Source: Acidimicrobiia bacterium (GTDB lineage Bacteria > Actinomycetota > Acidimicrobiia > Acidimicrobiales > VFJN01). Taken from it: DNA of 64,000 bases. Every line of letters begins with the position of its first letter. Positions within the stretch are counted from its first letter, which is position 1. The DNA lies in NCBI GenBank assembly GCA_009694375.1, contig SHVB01000006.1, positions 51,017-115,016 of the forward strand. The letters run 5' to 3'. Of the stretch, positions 32,932 to 42,683 are shown one piece after another. The translations under genes were made by a program, and so were the position numbers. The notes under the pieces are model-generated. The model saw only the letters and a program-made list of their open reading frames with translations. It had not been told where the DNA came from and ran no database searches.

Positions 32932-33132
32932 TCCTCGTGGCGTTGTTTCCCGGTCCGAACGGGGCGGGCGCGGTGGCGTGTTGATGGCGGTTCAGCGGGG
33001 GCGGATCAACCCCGATCCCATATTTTCCGGACTTTCCCTTGCGCATTTCCACCGGATCGACCAAGATCACACTGTTGTAACTACAGATGTGGTATCCGCC
33101 GACCGGATGATGCCCGTCTCCAAGGAGGAACC

Positions 33133-33405
33133 GTGCTTCTGCCCAATTCAGTCGAGCCCGAGGATCGGTCCTGGCAGGACTACGCCAACTGCCTTGGCGT
33201 CGACCCTGATCTCTTCTTTCCCGAGCGCGGCGCATCCACCCGAGAGGCGAAAGAGGTCTGCCGCGGCTGTGTTGTGCGCGAGGACTGTCTTGAGTGTGCG
33301 CTCGTGAACGGTGAGAAGTTTGGTATCTGGGGGGGGATGAGCGAGCGGGAGCGCCGTCGTCTGCGCCGTGACCGGGCCCGCGCCAGGGACGCCTCCACCG
33401 CCTGA
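33133..33405 (+). CDS. WhiB-family (Wbl) transcriptional regulator
   Basis: Four-Cys pattern C-x(n)-C-x2-C-x5-C (ANCLG...CRGCVVREDC) followed by GIWGGMSERERRRLRR. GTG start preceded by an AAGGAGGA RBS. Confidence 0.9.
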   Translation: MLLPNSVEPEDRSWQDYANCLGVDPDLFFPERGASTREAKEVCRGCVVREDCLECALVNGEKFGIWGGMSERERRRLRRDRARARDASTA

Positions 33406-33415
33406 TTTCGGCAGG

Positions 33416-34216
33416 TCAGCCGGGGCGGCTTCTCCAGCGTGCCTCGATTGTTTGCTCTTCGCTGAGATCGAGTTCGGCCCATCGAGCAATGGGCACAGCG
33501 CGCAGGACCGACCCCGGGAGGAGGCCGACGAGTTCGGCTCCCACCACATTGGCGCCGGCCTGGGCCGCCCGTTCGACCACGAGGTCGTAGGCCTCGGCGG
33601 GTCCGAGCACCGTGGGGTCGATCAGATTCATCGATACCTGCACGCCGGCTCCGACGGCCAGGCCCAAGGCGCGAATCCTGGGACCCCGGATCGTCTTGGC
33701 CACGGCAGCGGCGGTGGCCACGTCTCGGTCGATCCACACGTTGTAGGCCACCAGCACCCCCCGAACTCCCACTGCGGTGGCCCCCGCTCGGAGGTGCGGG
33801 TGAGGCGGACCGAAGTCGGGTGCGAGGGTCTCGAAGGCGCCCCGTCGCACCTCGGGCAGGGAGCGGTTCGGTCCGTAGAGGAAGCAGGGGATCTGCTCGG
33901 TGCTGGCGAACCAGTTGGCGAAGTCGTGGCGCGCCCGTGTGGCCGCGGGGGCGTCGCTCGGCTCAAGGGCTACGAACGGAACCACATCAACCACGCCCAG
34001 CCGCGGGTGCACCCCGTGGTGGTGACGTAAGTCGATGAGGGTTACGGCGGTCGCCGCCACCGCCCGGGTGGCCTCTTCATCAGCGATGGTGAGTACCGAG
34101 CGGTGGTGGTGGGGGTCGGTGTGGATGTCGAGCAGGGCGGCCCCGGCGGCGTCGCGCAGGGCGGCGATGACCGTGAGATCTCGGCCCTCGCTCACGTTCA
34201 TCACACACAGAACCAT
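33416..34216 (-). CDS. Glutamate formimidoyltransferase (FTCD N-terminal-type)
   Basis: N-terminal CVMNVSEGRD (consensus vPNfSEGr), DPHHHRSVLT, GVVDVVPFV. Confidence 0.8.
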   Translation of the reverse strand: MVLCVMNVSEGRDLTVIAALRDAAGAALLDIHTDPHHHRSVLTIADEEATRAVAATAVTLIDLRHHHGVHPRLGVVDVVPFVALEPSDAPAATRARHDFANWFASTEQIPCFLYGPNRSLPEVRRGAFETLAPDFGPPHPHLRAGATAVGVRGVLVAYNVWIDRDVATAAAVAKTIRGPRIRALGLAVGAGVQVSMNLIDPTVLGPAEAYDLVVERAAQAGANVVGAELVGLLPGSVLRAVPIARWAELDLSEEQTIEARWRSRPG

Positions 34217-34281
34217 CGAGCCAGCCTCGCGCGGTGGGCTCCAACCATTGCGTACATTACCTGATCTGGTACGCTGAAAGG

Positions 34282-34443
34282 GTGCCTCAGGGACCGGAAC
34301 TCATCATCCTCTTGGTCGTTATTTTGGTGCTCTTCGGGGGCTCAAAGCTCCCCGGTCTCGCTCGTTCGCTGGGTCAAGCCCAGAGTGAGTTCAAAAAGGG
34401 CCTGAAATCCACCGACGACGAAACAGATCCTCCTGCTGCCTGA
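34282..34443 (+). CDS. tatA: Twin-arginine translocase TatA/E subunit
   Basis: Trimmed to GTG 34282: VPQGPELIILLVVILVLFGGSKLPGLARSLGQAQSEFKKG. Confidence 0.85.
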   Translation: MPQGPELIILLVVILVLFGGSKLPGLARSLGQAQSEFKKGLKSTDDETDPPAA

Positions 34444-34465
34444 TCAGCCTGCGGGCTGAGGGTTA

Positions 34466-34720
34466 CTAAACGGAGGCAGGTACTGCGGTGCCCCGGCGCT
34501 TGAGGATGCGGCGTCGTTCCCGCTCCGAGCAACCGCCCCATACCCCGTGGTCGATGCGGTTGGTGAGGGCGTATTCCAGGCATTGGGTCTGCACGGGGCA
34601 GCCGAAGCAGATCTTGCGGGCTACCTCCACGCCGGAACCGTCACTGGGGAAGAAGGTGGATGGGGGGAGGTTCCTGCAGAGGCCGGCAGTCATCCAGACA
34701 TCCTCAATCGAGCGTTCCAT
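34466..34720 (-). CDS. WhiB-family (Wbl) transcriptional regulator
   Basis: GLCRNLP...CFGCPVQTQC plus GVWGGCSERERRRILKRR. Confidence 0.9.
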   Translation of the reverse strand: MERSIEDVWMTAGLCRNLPPSTFFPSDGSGVEVARKICFGCPVQTQCLEYALTNRIDHGVWGGCSERERRRILKRRGTAVPASV

Positions 34721-34801
34721 GGGTCACCTTTCGGGGGGGTTCTCGGGTGTTATACGGAACCGGGGTGGTGTTGGTTCCCAAACACTGCACATATCTAGGA
34801 C

Positions 34802-34828
34802 AAATCTACCTATTTGGAAAAAATCTAC
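34802..34828. repeat. Direct repeat AAATCTAC (x2, 19 bp start-to-start) in the most AT-rich patch of the window
   Basis: Read directly in acAAATCTACctatttggaaaaAAATCTACtg. It lies in the divergent whiB / htrA-like intergenic region, so it could be an operator or promoter element. Confidence 0.3.
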
Positions 34829-34871
34829 TGCCCGCGGTTACATCTGGCGTCCGTCGGGGAAAGATGGGCCC

Positions 34872-36167
34872 ATGGGAACCAACGACACCAACCCGTCCGA
34901 CGCCACCCCTGAGCCCCCCGCGCCGCCGCCCACCTGGTCGGAGCCGGAACCGGCTGAGACAGCGGAGGTTGTCGTGTCCGACGCCACCCCTGAGCCCCCC
35001 GCGCCGCCGGTCCCGCCGGCGTGGAGCCAACCAGCGGAACAACCCGCCCCGGTGGTGCCCGCCGCGCGCTCTCGTCGGCCCCTCAGTGCTGGGAAGGCGG
35101 CCGTGATCGGCGCGCTCGTCGGCGGGCTGGTGGCATCGGTGGTGGCCTTGGGCCTCGCCGGCATCGTGAACACCAGCGACTCGACCACTACCTCCAGCGG
35201 CCCAACGGCGACCCCGGTGGTCTCCTCGTCAGGGGATCTTGACATCCAGGCGATCCTGGCCAAGGTGCAACCTTCGGTGGTGATGATTGAGACGAGCCGC
35301 ACCACTTCTCAAGGTGTCTTTGATGGTGCCGGGTCGGGGGTCATTCTCAGCTCCAAGGGCTTGGTGCTCACCAACGCTCACGTGATTGGCGGCATCAGCG
35401 AGATCACCGTGGTGCTACCCGATGGGACCAGCCATAAGGCTTCGCTGGTGGGTGCCTCGCCCGCCGACGACCTGGCTTTGGTGCAGGTCGAGGGAGTGGA
35501 TGGCCTGGTGCCCGCTGAACTCGGTTCCTCCGATGACCTACGCGTGGGCGACGAGGTTATCGCTATCGGTAACGCCCTGAACCTGGGCGGCGAGCCCACC
35601 GTGACCCGAGGCATCGTGTCGGCCAAGGACCGCGACCTCATGGCGCAGGGAGAGCAACTCGAGCAGTTGATCCAAACCGACGCCGCCATCAACCCGGGCA
35701 ATTCCGGGGGCCCCTTGGTGAATGCCGCTGGCCAGGTGGTGGGCATCAACACGGCCATCGTCGCGGACGCCCAGAACCTCGGATTTTCGATTGCTATCGA
35801 CCATGCCCGACCCGTCATCGAGAACCTGAAAGCCGGGAAGGGTTCGGTAAATCCCGATCAGGCCTTCCTTGGTGTTTCTTCCATCGAACTGGCCGAGGTG
35901 CCCGATGATGTTCGAGCCACCTTTGAGGTCACCGCCAAGAAAGGGGCGTTCGTCTCCGAGGTGGTGCCGGGCTCGGCGGCCGACGATGGCGGCCTGCAGG
36001 CGGGCGACGTGATCGTGGCTGTGGACGGCCGCGATATCGACGAGGCCACTCAGGTCCGTGACGAGATCCTGAACAATAAGCCCGGTGACGGGGTGCGGAT
36101 TACGGTGGTCCGAAAGGGTGAGGAGCGGACCCTGAAGATCACCCTGGGTCGTCGCGGCGACACCTGA
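34872..36167 (+). CDS. HtrA/DegP-family serine protease with PDZ domain
   Basis: Trimmed to ATG 34872. Pro-rich N-terminus and a TM helix (AAVIGALVGGLVASVVALGLAGIV). Catalytic motifs TNAHVI, DLALV and INPGNSGGPLVN. C-terminal PDZ (GSAADDGGLQAGDVIVAVDG). Confidence 0.9.
   Translation: MGTNDTNPSDATPEPPAPPPTWSEPEPAETAEVVVSDATPEPPAPPVPPAWSQPAEQPAPVVPAARSRRPLSAGKAAVIGALVGGLVASVVALGLAGIVNTSDSTTTSSGPTATPVVSSSGDLDIQAILAKVQPSVVMIETSRTTSQGVFDGAGSGVILSSKGLVLTNAHVIGGISEITVVLPDGTSHKASLVGASPADDLALVQVEGVDGLVPAELGSSDDLRVGDEVIAIGNALNLGGEPTVTRGIVSAKDRDLMAQGEQLEQLIQTDAAINPGNSGGPLVNAAGQVVGINTAIVADAQNLGFSIAIDHARPVIENLKAGKGSVNPDQAFLGVSSIELAEVPDDVRATFEVTAKKGAFVSEVVPGSAADDGGLQAGDVIVAVDGRDIDEATQVRDEILNNKPGDGVRITVVRKGEERTLKITLGRRGDT
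34896..35009 (+). repeat. In-frame 33-nt exact direct repeat (two copies 81 nt apart) inside the htrA-like N-terminal region
   Basis: tccgacgccacccctgagccccccgcgccgccg occurs at 34896-34928 and again at 34977-35009. It encodes SDATPEPPAPP twice. Confidence 0.9.
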
Positions 36168-36197
36168 CCTAGGACACTTGGCCCCCCAACCGCTAGG

Positions 36198-36476
36198 TTG
36201 CACCCCGTGTCTGATGTCGTCGCCCCGCCTCCTCCGCCCGTTGCCAACGCGCGGGTGGTGTACCTGGGTCCCACCACGCCCCACTGGCGGATCGATTCAG
36301 ACTTCGGCGATCGCTCCGTCATCGACGAGTTTTCGCGTCGGGTGATGGCCCGTCTGGTGATGCTGCCGCCCCACGATCCGCAGTTTCGGCGGAATCGTGA
36401 GCGAGTGATTCGCGATGCCGAACGGGAGAACATCCTTCTCGATTGGGATCTAGGGCTCCCCGAAGATTCCGACTGA
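36198..36476 (+). CDS. Hypothetical small protein
   Basis: 92-aa ORF with non-junk composition (HWRIDSDFGDRSVIDEFSRRVMARLVMLPPHDPQFRRNRERVIRDAERENILLDWDLG). TTG/GTG start uncertain; no motif recognised. Confidence 0.4.
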   Translation: MHPVSDVVAPPPPPVANARVVYLGPTTPHWRIDSDFGDRSVIDEFSRRVMARLVMLPPHDPQFRRNRERVIRDAERENILLDWDLGLPEDSD

Positions 36477-36507
36477 CCGGCCCGCGATCGTCGGTACGAT
36501 CTAGACC

Positions 36508-38589
36508 ATGTCGGTGCCCGACACTCCAGACGACGAGATCCGCTATCTCAACCGGGAACTGTCCTGGCTTGATTTCAACGAGCGGGTGCTCGCCCTCGCT
36601 GAAGATGAGCGCGTGCCGTTGTTGGAGCGGGCCAAGTTCCTCGCCATCTTCAGTCAGAACCTCGATGAGTTCTTCCAAGTGCGAGTGGCGGGGCTCAAGG
36701 AGCAGGTGACCGCCGGTATCGGCACCCCGTCGCCTGACGGCCGCAGCCCCGGTCAGCAACTGGTCGAGGTGCGTCATCGGGTGGCGAGCCTGGTGGTCCG
36801 GCAGGCGCAACTCTTCCTGCATGAGGTGGTGCCCGCGTTGGCGGCGGTGGGGATTGGGCTATCGAGTTGGGACGAACTTGACGACGACGACGAGAAGTTT
36901 CTGGTGGAGACCTTCGAGCAGCGCATCTTCCCGGTGCTCACGCCGTTGGCGGTGGATCCCGGGCATCCCTTTCCCTACATCTCGAACCTGTCCCTGAACT
37001 TGGCCATCGAACTCCGGGACCCGATCACCGATGAGCGGCGCTTCGCCCGCGTGAAGGTGCCGGATCTGCTGCCCCGCTTCGTGGTCATGCCCGACGGGGA
37101 GCGTTTCGTGCCACTCGAGCAGGTCATCGCCGCCCATCTGGACCAACTCTTTCCCGGCATGGAGGTGGAGTCGCGGGCCACTTTCCGAGTGGCCCGCAAC
37201 GCCGACCTCACGCTGGAGGAGGAGGAGGCTGAGGATCTCCTGGCCGCAGTGGAGATCGAGTTGAGGCGTCGGCAGTTCGGCCGGGCTGTCCGGCTCGAGA
37301 TCAGTTCAGAGATGCGCGACGAGGTGCGGAACCTGCTGCAAAGCGAACTCAATCTGCACGACGAAGACACCTATCAGGTTGTGGGACCCCTCGACCTCGG
37401 GGGGCTGTGGTCGGTGCACGGTCTTGATCGGCCCGAGTTGAAAGACCCGGTGTACCAGCGGGTGAGCCCCGCTCGCCTCGACACCGGCGAGGATGAGCGT
37501 CCGGATTTCTTCGCCGTGCTGCGCGAGGGCGACGTGCTCCTGCACCATCCGTACGACTCGTTTCGCACGACGGTGGAGGAGTTCATTCGCCAAGCCAGCA
37601 CGGACCCCTCGGTGCTGGCGATCAAGATGACGCTGTATCGCACCTCAGGTGACAGCCCCATCGTGCGATCTCTGATCAGGGCCGCCGAGCGGGGCAAGCA
37701 GGTGGCCGTCCTGGTGGAACTCAAGGCCCGGTTCGACGAGGGAGCCAACATCGAGTGGGCCAAAGCACTCGAAACCGCCGGGGTGCACGTTGTCTATGGG
37801 CTGGTTGGCCTCAAGGTGCACACGAAGACAGCTCTGGTGGTGCGCGACGAGCCCGATGGTGTCCGCTGCTACTGCCACGTGGGCTCGGGCAACTACAACT
37901 CCAAGACGGCCCGCATCTACGAAGACGTGGGGCTCCTCACCGCCTCGCCGGCCATCGGGGCCGACCTCACGCAACTGTTCAACTATCTCACCGGCTACGG
38001 ACGCGATGTGCGTTACACCAGTCTGTTGGTGTCGCCCCACGGGACGCGCCCTGGCCTCGATGGCCTCATTCGCAACGAAATCTCGGTGACGCAGGCGGGG
38101 GGCCATGGTGCCATCACGTTGAAGATGAACAGCCTCGTGGACACCAAGGTCATTGATGCCCTTTATGCGGCTTCCCAGGCGGGGGTGGCGATCGAGCTCA
38201 TCGTGCGCGGCATCTGCTGTCTGATCCCGGGCCTGGATGGGTTGTCGGAGAACATCCGGGTGCGGTCGATCGTGGGACGGTATCTGGAGCACTCCCGGAT
38301 CTATCGCTTTGCCAACGGGGCCGGTGATGGTGAAGCGATGTATCTGATCGGGTCCGCCGACCTCATGCCTCGCAACCTGGATCGGAGGGTCGAGGCATTG
38401 GCGCCGGTCACAGATGCATCCCTGCAGGCTCGTCTTGATGAGATCCTGGCGGTGAACCTGGCCGACGACACCCTGGCGTGGGCCCTCGATGCCCACGGCG
38501 ACTGGCATCATGTGCCCCTTCTCGACACGGTGGACACCCATGAGCGGTTGCAGGAGATCGCCCAAACGCGGCTCCGTCGACTCGCCTGA
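36508..38589 (+). CDS. ppk: Polyphosphate kinase 1
   Basis: YLNRELSWLDFNERVL, FLAIFSQNLDEFFQVRVAGL, VELKARFDE..NI.WA, KVHTKTALVVR, GSGNYNSKTARIYEDVGL, VGRYLEHSRIY. Confidence 0.95.
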   Translation: MSVPDTPDDEIRYLNRELSWLDFNERVLALAEDERVPLLERAKFLAIFSQNLDEFFQVRVAGLKEQVTAGIGTPSPDGRSPGQQLVEVRHRVASLVVRQAQLFLHEVVPALAAVGIGLSSWDELDDDDEKFLVETFEQRIFPVLTPLAVDPGHPFPYISNLSLNLAIELRDPITDERRFARVKVPDLLPRFVVMPDGERFVPLEQVIAAHLDQLFPGMEVESRATFRVARNADLTLEEEEAEDLLAAVEIELRRRQFGRAVRLEISSEMRDEVRNLLQSELNLHDEDTYQVVGPLDLGGLWSVHGLDRPELKDPVYQRVSPARLDTGEDERPDFFAVLREGDVLLHHPYDSFRTTVEEFIRQASTDPSVLAIKMTLYRTSGDSPIVRSLIRAAERGKQVAVLVELKARFDEGANIEWAKALETAGVHVVYGLVGLKVHTKTALVVRDEPDGVRCYCHVGSGNYNSKTARIYEDVGLLTASPAIGADLTQLFNYLTGYGRDVRYTSLLVSPHGTRPGLDGLIRNEISVTQAGGHGAITLKMNSLVDTKVIDALYAASQAGVAIELIVRGICCLIPGLDGLSENIRVRSIVGRYLEHSRIYRFANGAGDGEAMYLIGSADLMPRNLDRRVEALAPVTDASLQARLDEILAVNLADDTLAWALDAHGDWHHVPLLDTVDTHERLQEIAQTRLRRLA

Positions 38590-38620
38590 GGTTCGGGTGT
38601 GCCACCACGGCACCGGAAGT

Positions 38621-38653
38621 GTTTGTTCTTCGTTCATCTCCTGTTCACTTCAC
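38621..38653 (+). promoter_or_regulatory. PHO-box-like array: three 11-nt phased direct-repeat units upstream of pstS
   Basis: The units are GTTTGTTCTTC, GTTCATCTCCT and GTTCACTTCAC at 38621, 38632 and 38643, about 90-120 nt upstream of the pstS ATG. They resemble the actinobacterial PhoP GTTCACC-type 11-nt direct repeats. Confidence 0.5.
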
Positions 38654-38740
38654 TCACCCCGAACGCACCCTCGAGCGGCTTAGGTTTCCGCGTCAGGGGC
38701 GCTCAAAGGTGGGCGCCGTCGGTCTGGGAGGCTTGAAAAG

Positions 38741-39805
38741 ATGAAGATGAAGAAGCTCGCCCTGGGTTCCACGCTGGTGGTTGCCCTGTTCGCCTTCGCC
38801 GCCTGCTCAAGCGGCCAGAACAACGACGCCGCCGTCGGCGCCGATGCCACCGACTGCCCGGTGGGTGATGGTGCGGTAAGTGTCTCGGGTTCCTCCACCG
38901 TAGAACCGATCTCGGCCGCGGTGGGAGAGAAGTTGTTGGACTGTGGCTCCGGGGTAGCCGCCACGGTCGACGGTCCGGGCACGGGCGACGGGTTCGTGCT
39001 CTTCTGTAAGGGCGAGATCGACATCGCCGACGCCTCCCGGCCGATGAAGCCCGCCGAGGCGGAGGCCTGCGCCGCCAGTGGCGTTGAGTTCATCGAGCTA
39101 GCGATCGGCATCGACGGACTCACCGTGGTCACCAACCGGGCCAATGATGCCGTCGAATGCCTGAGCCGGGCCGACCTCTACGCGTTGATAGGGGCCGAGT
39201 CGCAGGGCTTTAGCAAGTGGTCTGACGCGTCTGGCATCGCCTCGGCGCTGGGTTCGACTACCAAGTTCCCCTCGGCAGACCTCGACATCACCGGCCCCGG
39301 GGCCGAGTCGGGCACGTACGACTCCTTCGGCGAATTGGCGTTGAAGTCTTCGGGGGAGGCTCGGGCGGCGTCGGGCAATATCGCGGAGGATGAAGCGGAA
39401 GCCATCCGTCCCGATTACTCGTCGCAGGCCGATGACACGGCCATCATTGCTGGCGTCCAGGGTTCGGATACCAGTCTTGGTTGGGTCGGTGTGGCGTATG
39501 CCAACGAGGCGGGTGAGAGCGTACGGGTGCTTCCCGTAGCGTCGGAGCCGAACGGCGAGTGCATCGCTCCCACGCCGGAGGCGATCTCCTCCGGCGACTA
39601 TCCGCTCTCGCGTGAGCTCTTCATTTACGTGAACGCCAAGAGCGCCACCGACAGCGAAGCCGTGGCGGCCTACGTGGATTACTACCTCTCCGAGGCGGGT
39701 ATCGCCTCGGTGGAGGAGGTGGGCTACGTGGGCTTGGACCCCGTTGTGCTGGAGGAGAGTCGGTCGGTCTGGCAGGCCAAAGAGTTGGGTACGCGTCAGG
39801 GATGA
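38741..39805 (+). CDS. pstS: Phosphate ABC transporter substrate-binding lipoprotein
   Basis: Lipobox LFAFAAC, then SGSSTVEPI, DGPGTGDGF, DIADASRPMK. Confidence 0.9.
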   Translation: MKMKKLALGSTLVVALFAFAACSSGQNNDAAVGADATDCPVGDGAVSVSGSSTVEPISAAVGEKLLDCGSGVAATVDGPGTGDGFVLFCKGEIDIADASRPMKPAEAEACAASGVEFIELAIGIDGLTVVTNRANDAVECLSRADLYALIGAESQGFSKWSDASGIASALGSTTKFPSADLDITGPGAESGTYDSFGELALKSSGEARAASGNIAEDEAEAIRPDYSSQADDTAIIAGVQGSDTSLGWVGVAYANEAGESVRVLPVASEPNGECIAPTPEAISSGDYPLSRELFIYVNAKSATDSEAVAAYVDYYLSEAGIASVEEVGYVGLDPVVLEESRSVWQAKELGTRQG

Positions 39806-39874
39806 ATCTCTGCAGCAAGCATCCATCGGTCCGATCGGCTCGGTGGCGAGGTATCGATCCCTGTTACCGAGGCG

Positions 39875-40855
39875 TTGTCGCCGGTGAGTGCGCCGCCCCG
39901 AGGCACCTCGATGACTGAAGCGATGGGAGCGCCAGGGGCACTCACGCTGGCGCAACTAGGTGGGGATGCCCGCCGCATGCGCAAGGAAGCCGTGGTGCGG
40001 GCGATGTTGAGCGCGGCGGCGTCGGTATCGATCCTGGTCAGTGTCGGGATCGTGTACGCCTTGTCGCGCCAGGCGATCATCTTCGTCACGAACGTCGAAT
40101 GGTCCGCCGTCTTGTTTTCCGACGGCTGGTACCCACGCCAGGGGGTCTACGACCTTCGTACGTTGATCGTGGGTAGCGTGCTGGTCACGGCGGTCGCGAT
40201 GATGGTGGCTGTCCCAGTGGGCTTCGGTTCGGCCATCTACCTTTCGGAATACGCCCGGCCGGGTGTGCGCCGCTTCCTGAAGCCCAGCCTCGAGGTGTTG
40301 GCGGGCCTGCCCAGTGTGGTGTTGGGGTTTTTCGCCATTTCGGTGATTTCTCCCTCCATCGTGCAGCGGTTGTTCGACAGCGCCAAGTTGTTCAACCTCA
40401 CTGCGGCCGGCATCGCGGTGGGGATCCTGTCGATTCCCCTGATCGCCTCGGTGTCCGAGGATGCCTTGCGGGCGGTACCCGATTCCCTTCGTGAAGCCAG
40501 TTACGGGATGGGGGCTCGTCGCTCCACTACGGTGCTCCGGGTGGTTGTCCCCGCCGCCGTCTCCGGCCTCGTGGCGGCCGCCATCTTGGCGGTATCGAGG
40601 GCCATCGGCGAGACGATGATCGTGTTCATCGCCGCCGGGGCGGCCGGGAGCCAGAGCTTTTCGCTCGATCCACTCAAGCCGGGGCTAACCATGACGGCGG
40701 CGATGGCCACCCAGGCCCAGGGCACTGACCAAGTGGTGGGCGAAGGACTTACATTCCAGAGCCTGTATTTCGTGGCCGCTGTGTTGTTCGCGGTCACGCT
40801 GGCCCTCAACATTGTCGCCGGCCGCTTCGTACGCCGCGTGCGTCAGAGTTACTAG
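39875..40855 (+). CDS. pstC: Phosphate ABC transporter permease PstC
   Basis: Multi-pass permease with the EAA-like loop ASVSEDALRAVPDSLREASYGMGARR. The start is TTG 39875 or ATG 39911. Confidence 0.9.
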   Translation: MSPVSAPPRGTSMTEAMGAPGALTLAQLGGDARRMRKEAVVRAMLSAAASVSILVSVGIVYALSRQAIIFVTNVEWSAVLFSDGWYPRQGVYDLRTLIVGSVLVTAVAMMVAVPVGFGSAIYLSEYARPGVRRFLKPSLEVLAGLPSVVLGFFAISVISPSIVQRLFDSAKLFNLTAAGIAVGILSIPLIASVSEDALRAVPDSLREASYGMGARRSTTVLRVVVPAAVSGLVAAAILAVSRAIGETMIVFIAAGAAGSQSFSLDPLKPGLTMTAAMATQAQGTDQVVGEGLTFQSLYFVAAVLFAVTLALNIVAGRFVRRVRQSY

Positions 40856-40862
40856 GCCTCTG

Positions 40863-41810
40863 ATGCCCCTCACCACGATCGGGGTTGGCGGCCGCGAGGC
40901 CACCGACCGCATCGAACGCCAGATCAAGAGCGGCCGAAGCGATCCCGGCGGGCGGATGTTCGCGGTCCTGTTGTTCTCTGCCATCTCAGTGGCTCTGCTC
41001 GTGCTGGGGGTCCTCTTCGCCGATGTGTTCAGCACCGGCACAGGGGTCTTCACCACTCGAGCCGAGAGCTTCCTGTCGGGTGGTCTTCGCACTAAAGCAG
41101 ACTCGGCGGGGGTGTTCCAGGCCATCCGAGGCACCTTTTGGATCGCCGTCTTCACGGTGGTCCTCGCCTTTCCGATCGGGGTGGCGTCGGCGCTCTATCT
41201 GGAGGAGTACGCCGGGAAGGGTCGCCTGACTCGCTTCATTGATCTCAACATTCGCAACCTCGCCGCCGTGCCATCGATTGTGTACGGCATCCTCGGACTC
41301 ACGATTTTTGTGAAACAGCTGGAGTCATTTACCGGGGGCGCTACGCTGATTTCGGCGGGGGTTACCTTGGCCATCCTGGTGCTGCCGATTGTGATCATCA
41401 CCTCGGCTGAAGCCCTGCGGGCGGTGCCGGGGACGCTGCGGGAGGCCGGCTATGGCGTGGGGGCCACCCGGTGGGAGGTCAGCCGCACGCTGGTGTTGCC
41501 CTACGCGCTGCCCGGGATTATCACCGGAACGGTCTTGGCCCTCGCTCGGGCGATCGGTGAGGCGGCTCCGCTTTTGCTCATCGGGGCCGTGACGGGGCTG
41601 CTGCCCGGGCAGGAGGGTCTGGTGGACCCGTCACAACTCACCGAGCGCTTCACTGCCCTCCCGGTGGTGATCGCCGATTGGGCCCGTACCCCCCGGGCGG
41701 GTTTTCGCGAGTTGGCCGCCGCCGCCATCATCGTCATGTTGCTGCTCGTGATGACCATGAACACCTTTGCCATCATCCTGCGCACTCACTTCGAGAAGAA
41801 GAGGAACTAA
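40863..41810 (+). CDS. pstA: Phosphate ABC transporter permease PstA
   Basis: Trimmed to ATG 40863. ITSAEALRAVPGTLREAGYGVGATRWE. Follows pstC. Confidence 0.9.
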   Translation: MPLTTIGVGGREATDRIERQIKSGRSDPGGRMFAVLLFSAISVALLVLGVLFADVFSTGTGVFTTRAESFLSGGLRTKADSAGVFQAIRGTFWIAVFTVVLAFPIGVASALYLEEYAGKGRLTRFIDLNIRNLAAVPSIVYGILGLTIFVKQLESFTGGATLISAGVTLAILVLPIVIITSAEALRAVPGTLREAGYGVGATRWEVSRTLVLPYALPGIITGTVLALARAIGEAAPLLLIGAVTGLLPGQEGLVDPSQLTERFTALPVVIADWARTPRAGFRELAAAAIIVMLLLVMTMNTFAIILRTHFEKKRN

Positions 41811-41813
41811 TCA

Positions 41814-42683
41814 ATGGTGATGACTGTCAAGCCCGTAGAGTCTGGCCCTGTGGAGGAAATGAGCAGCACCGCTTCGATGAACGTCACCCCGCCGGCGCCT
41901 CTACCCGAGGTGGTCTTTGGGTTACGAGATGTGTCGGTCTACTACCGAGACTTCCTGGCGGTGCGGGATGTCAACGTCGACGTCTACGAGCACCAGATCA
42001 CTGCGTTTATTGGGCCATCGGGGTGTGGCAAGACGACGGTCCTGCGCTGTTTGAACCGCATGAACGACTTGATCGACACCGCCCGGGTGGAGGGCTCAGT
42101 GACCTACCGCGGCGTAGACCTCTACCACCGAGACGTGAACCCTGTGGAGGTGCGGCGGCGCATCGGCATGGTGTTCCAAAAGCCCAATCCCTTCCCGAAG
42201 TCGATCTACGAGAACGTGGCCTACGGCCCGAAGGTGGCGGGGACCAAAGGCAACATGGACGACATCGTGGAGAAAGCGTTGCGTTCCGCGGGACTTTGGG
42301 ACGAAGTAAAGTCGCGCTTGAAGGCTTCGGGCCTGGGACTCTCCGGCGGACAGCAGCAGCGGCTGTGCATCGCCCGAGCCATCGCTACCGAACCGGAGGT
42401 GCTGCTGATGGACGAGCCGTGCTCGGCCCTCGATCCCATGGCCACGGCTCGGATCGAAGACCTGATGCAGCAGATCAAGAATGAGTTCACGATTGTGATC
42501 GTTACTCACAACATGCAGCAGGCGGCGCGGGTAAGTACTCGCACCGCCTTTTTCACCACGGAAGTGAACCCTGATAGTGACACCCGCACGGGTCTGCTCG
42601 TAGAGGTCGATGACACCGATAAAATATTCTCAAAACCTAACGACGGGCGCACCGAGAACTACGTCACGGGCCGATTCGGGTGA
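41814..42683 (+). CDS. pstB: Phosphate ABC transporter ATP-binding protein
   Basis: Walker [10 protein letters not shown], signature [14 protein letters not shown], Walker [14 protein letters not shown]-loop [11 protein letters not shown]. Confidence 0.95.
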   Translation: MVMTVKPVESGPVEEMSSTASMNVTPPAPLPEVVFGLRDVSVYYRDFLAVRDVNVDVYEHQITAFIGPSGCGKTTVLRCLNRMNDLIDTARVEGSVTYRGVDLYHRDVNPVEVRRRIGMVFQKPNPFPKSIYENVAYGPKVAGTKGNMDDIVEKALRSAGLWDEVKSRLKASGLGLSGGQQQRLCIARAIATEPEVLLMDEPCSALDPMATARIEDLMQQIKNEFTIVIVTHNMQQAARVSTRTAFFTTEVNPDSDTRTGLLVEVDDTDKIFSKPNDGRTENYVTGRFG

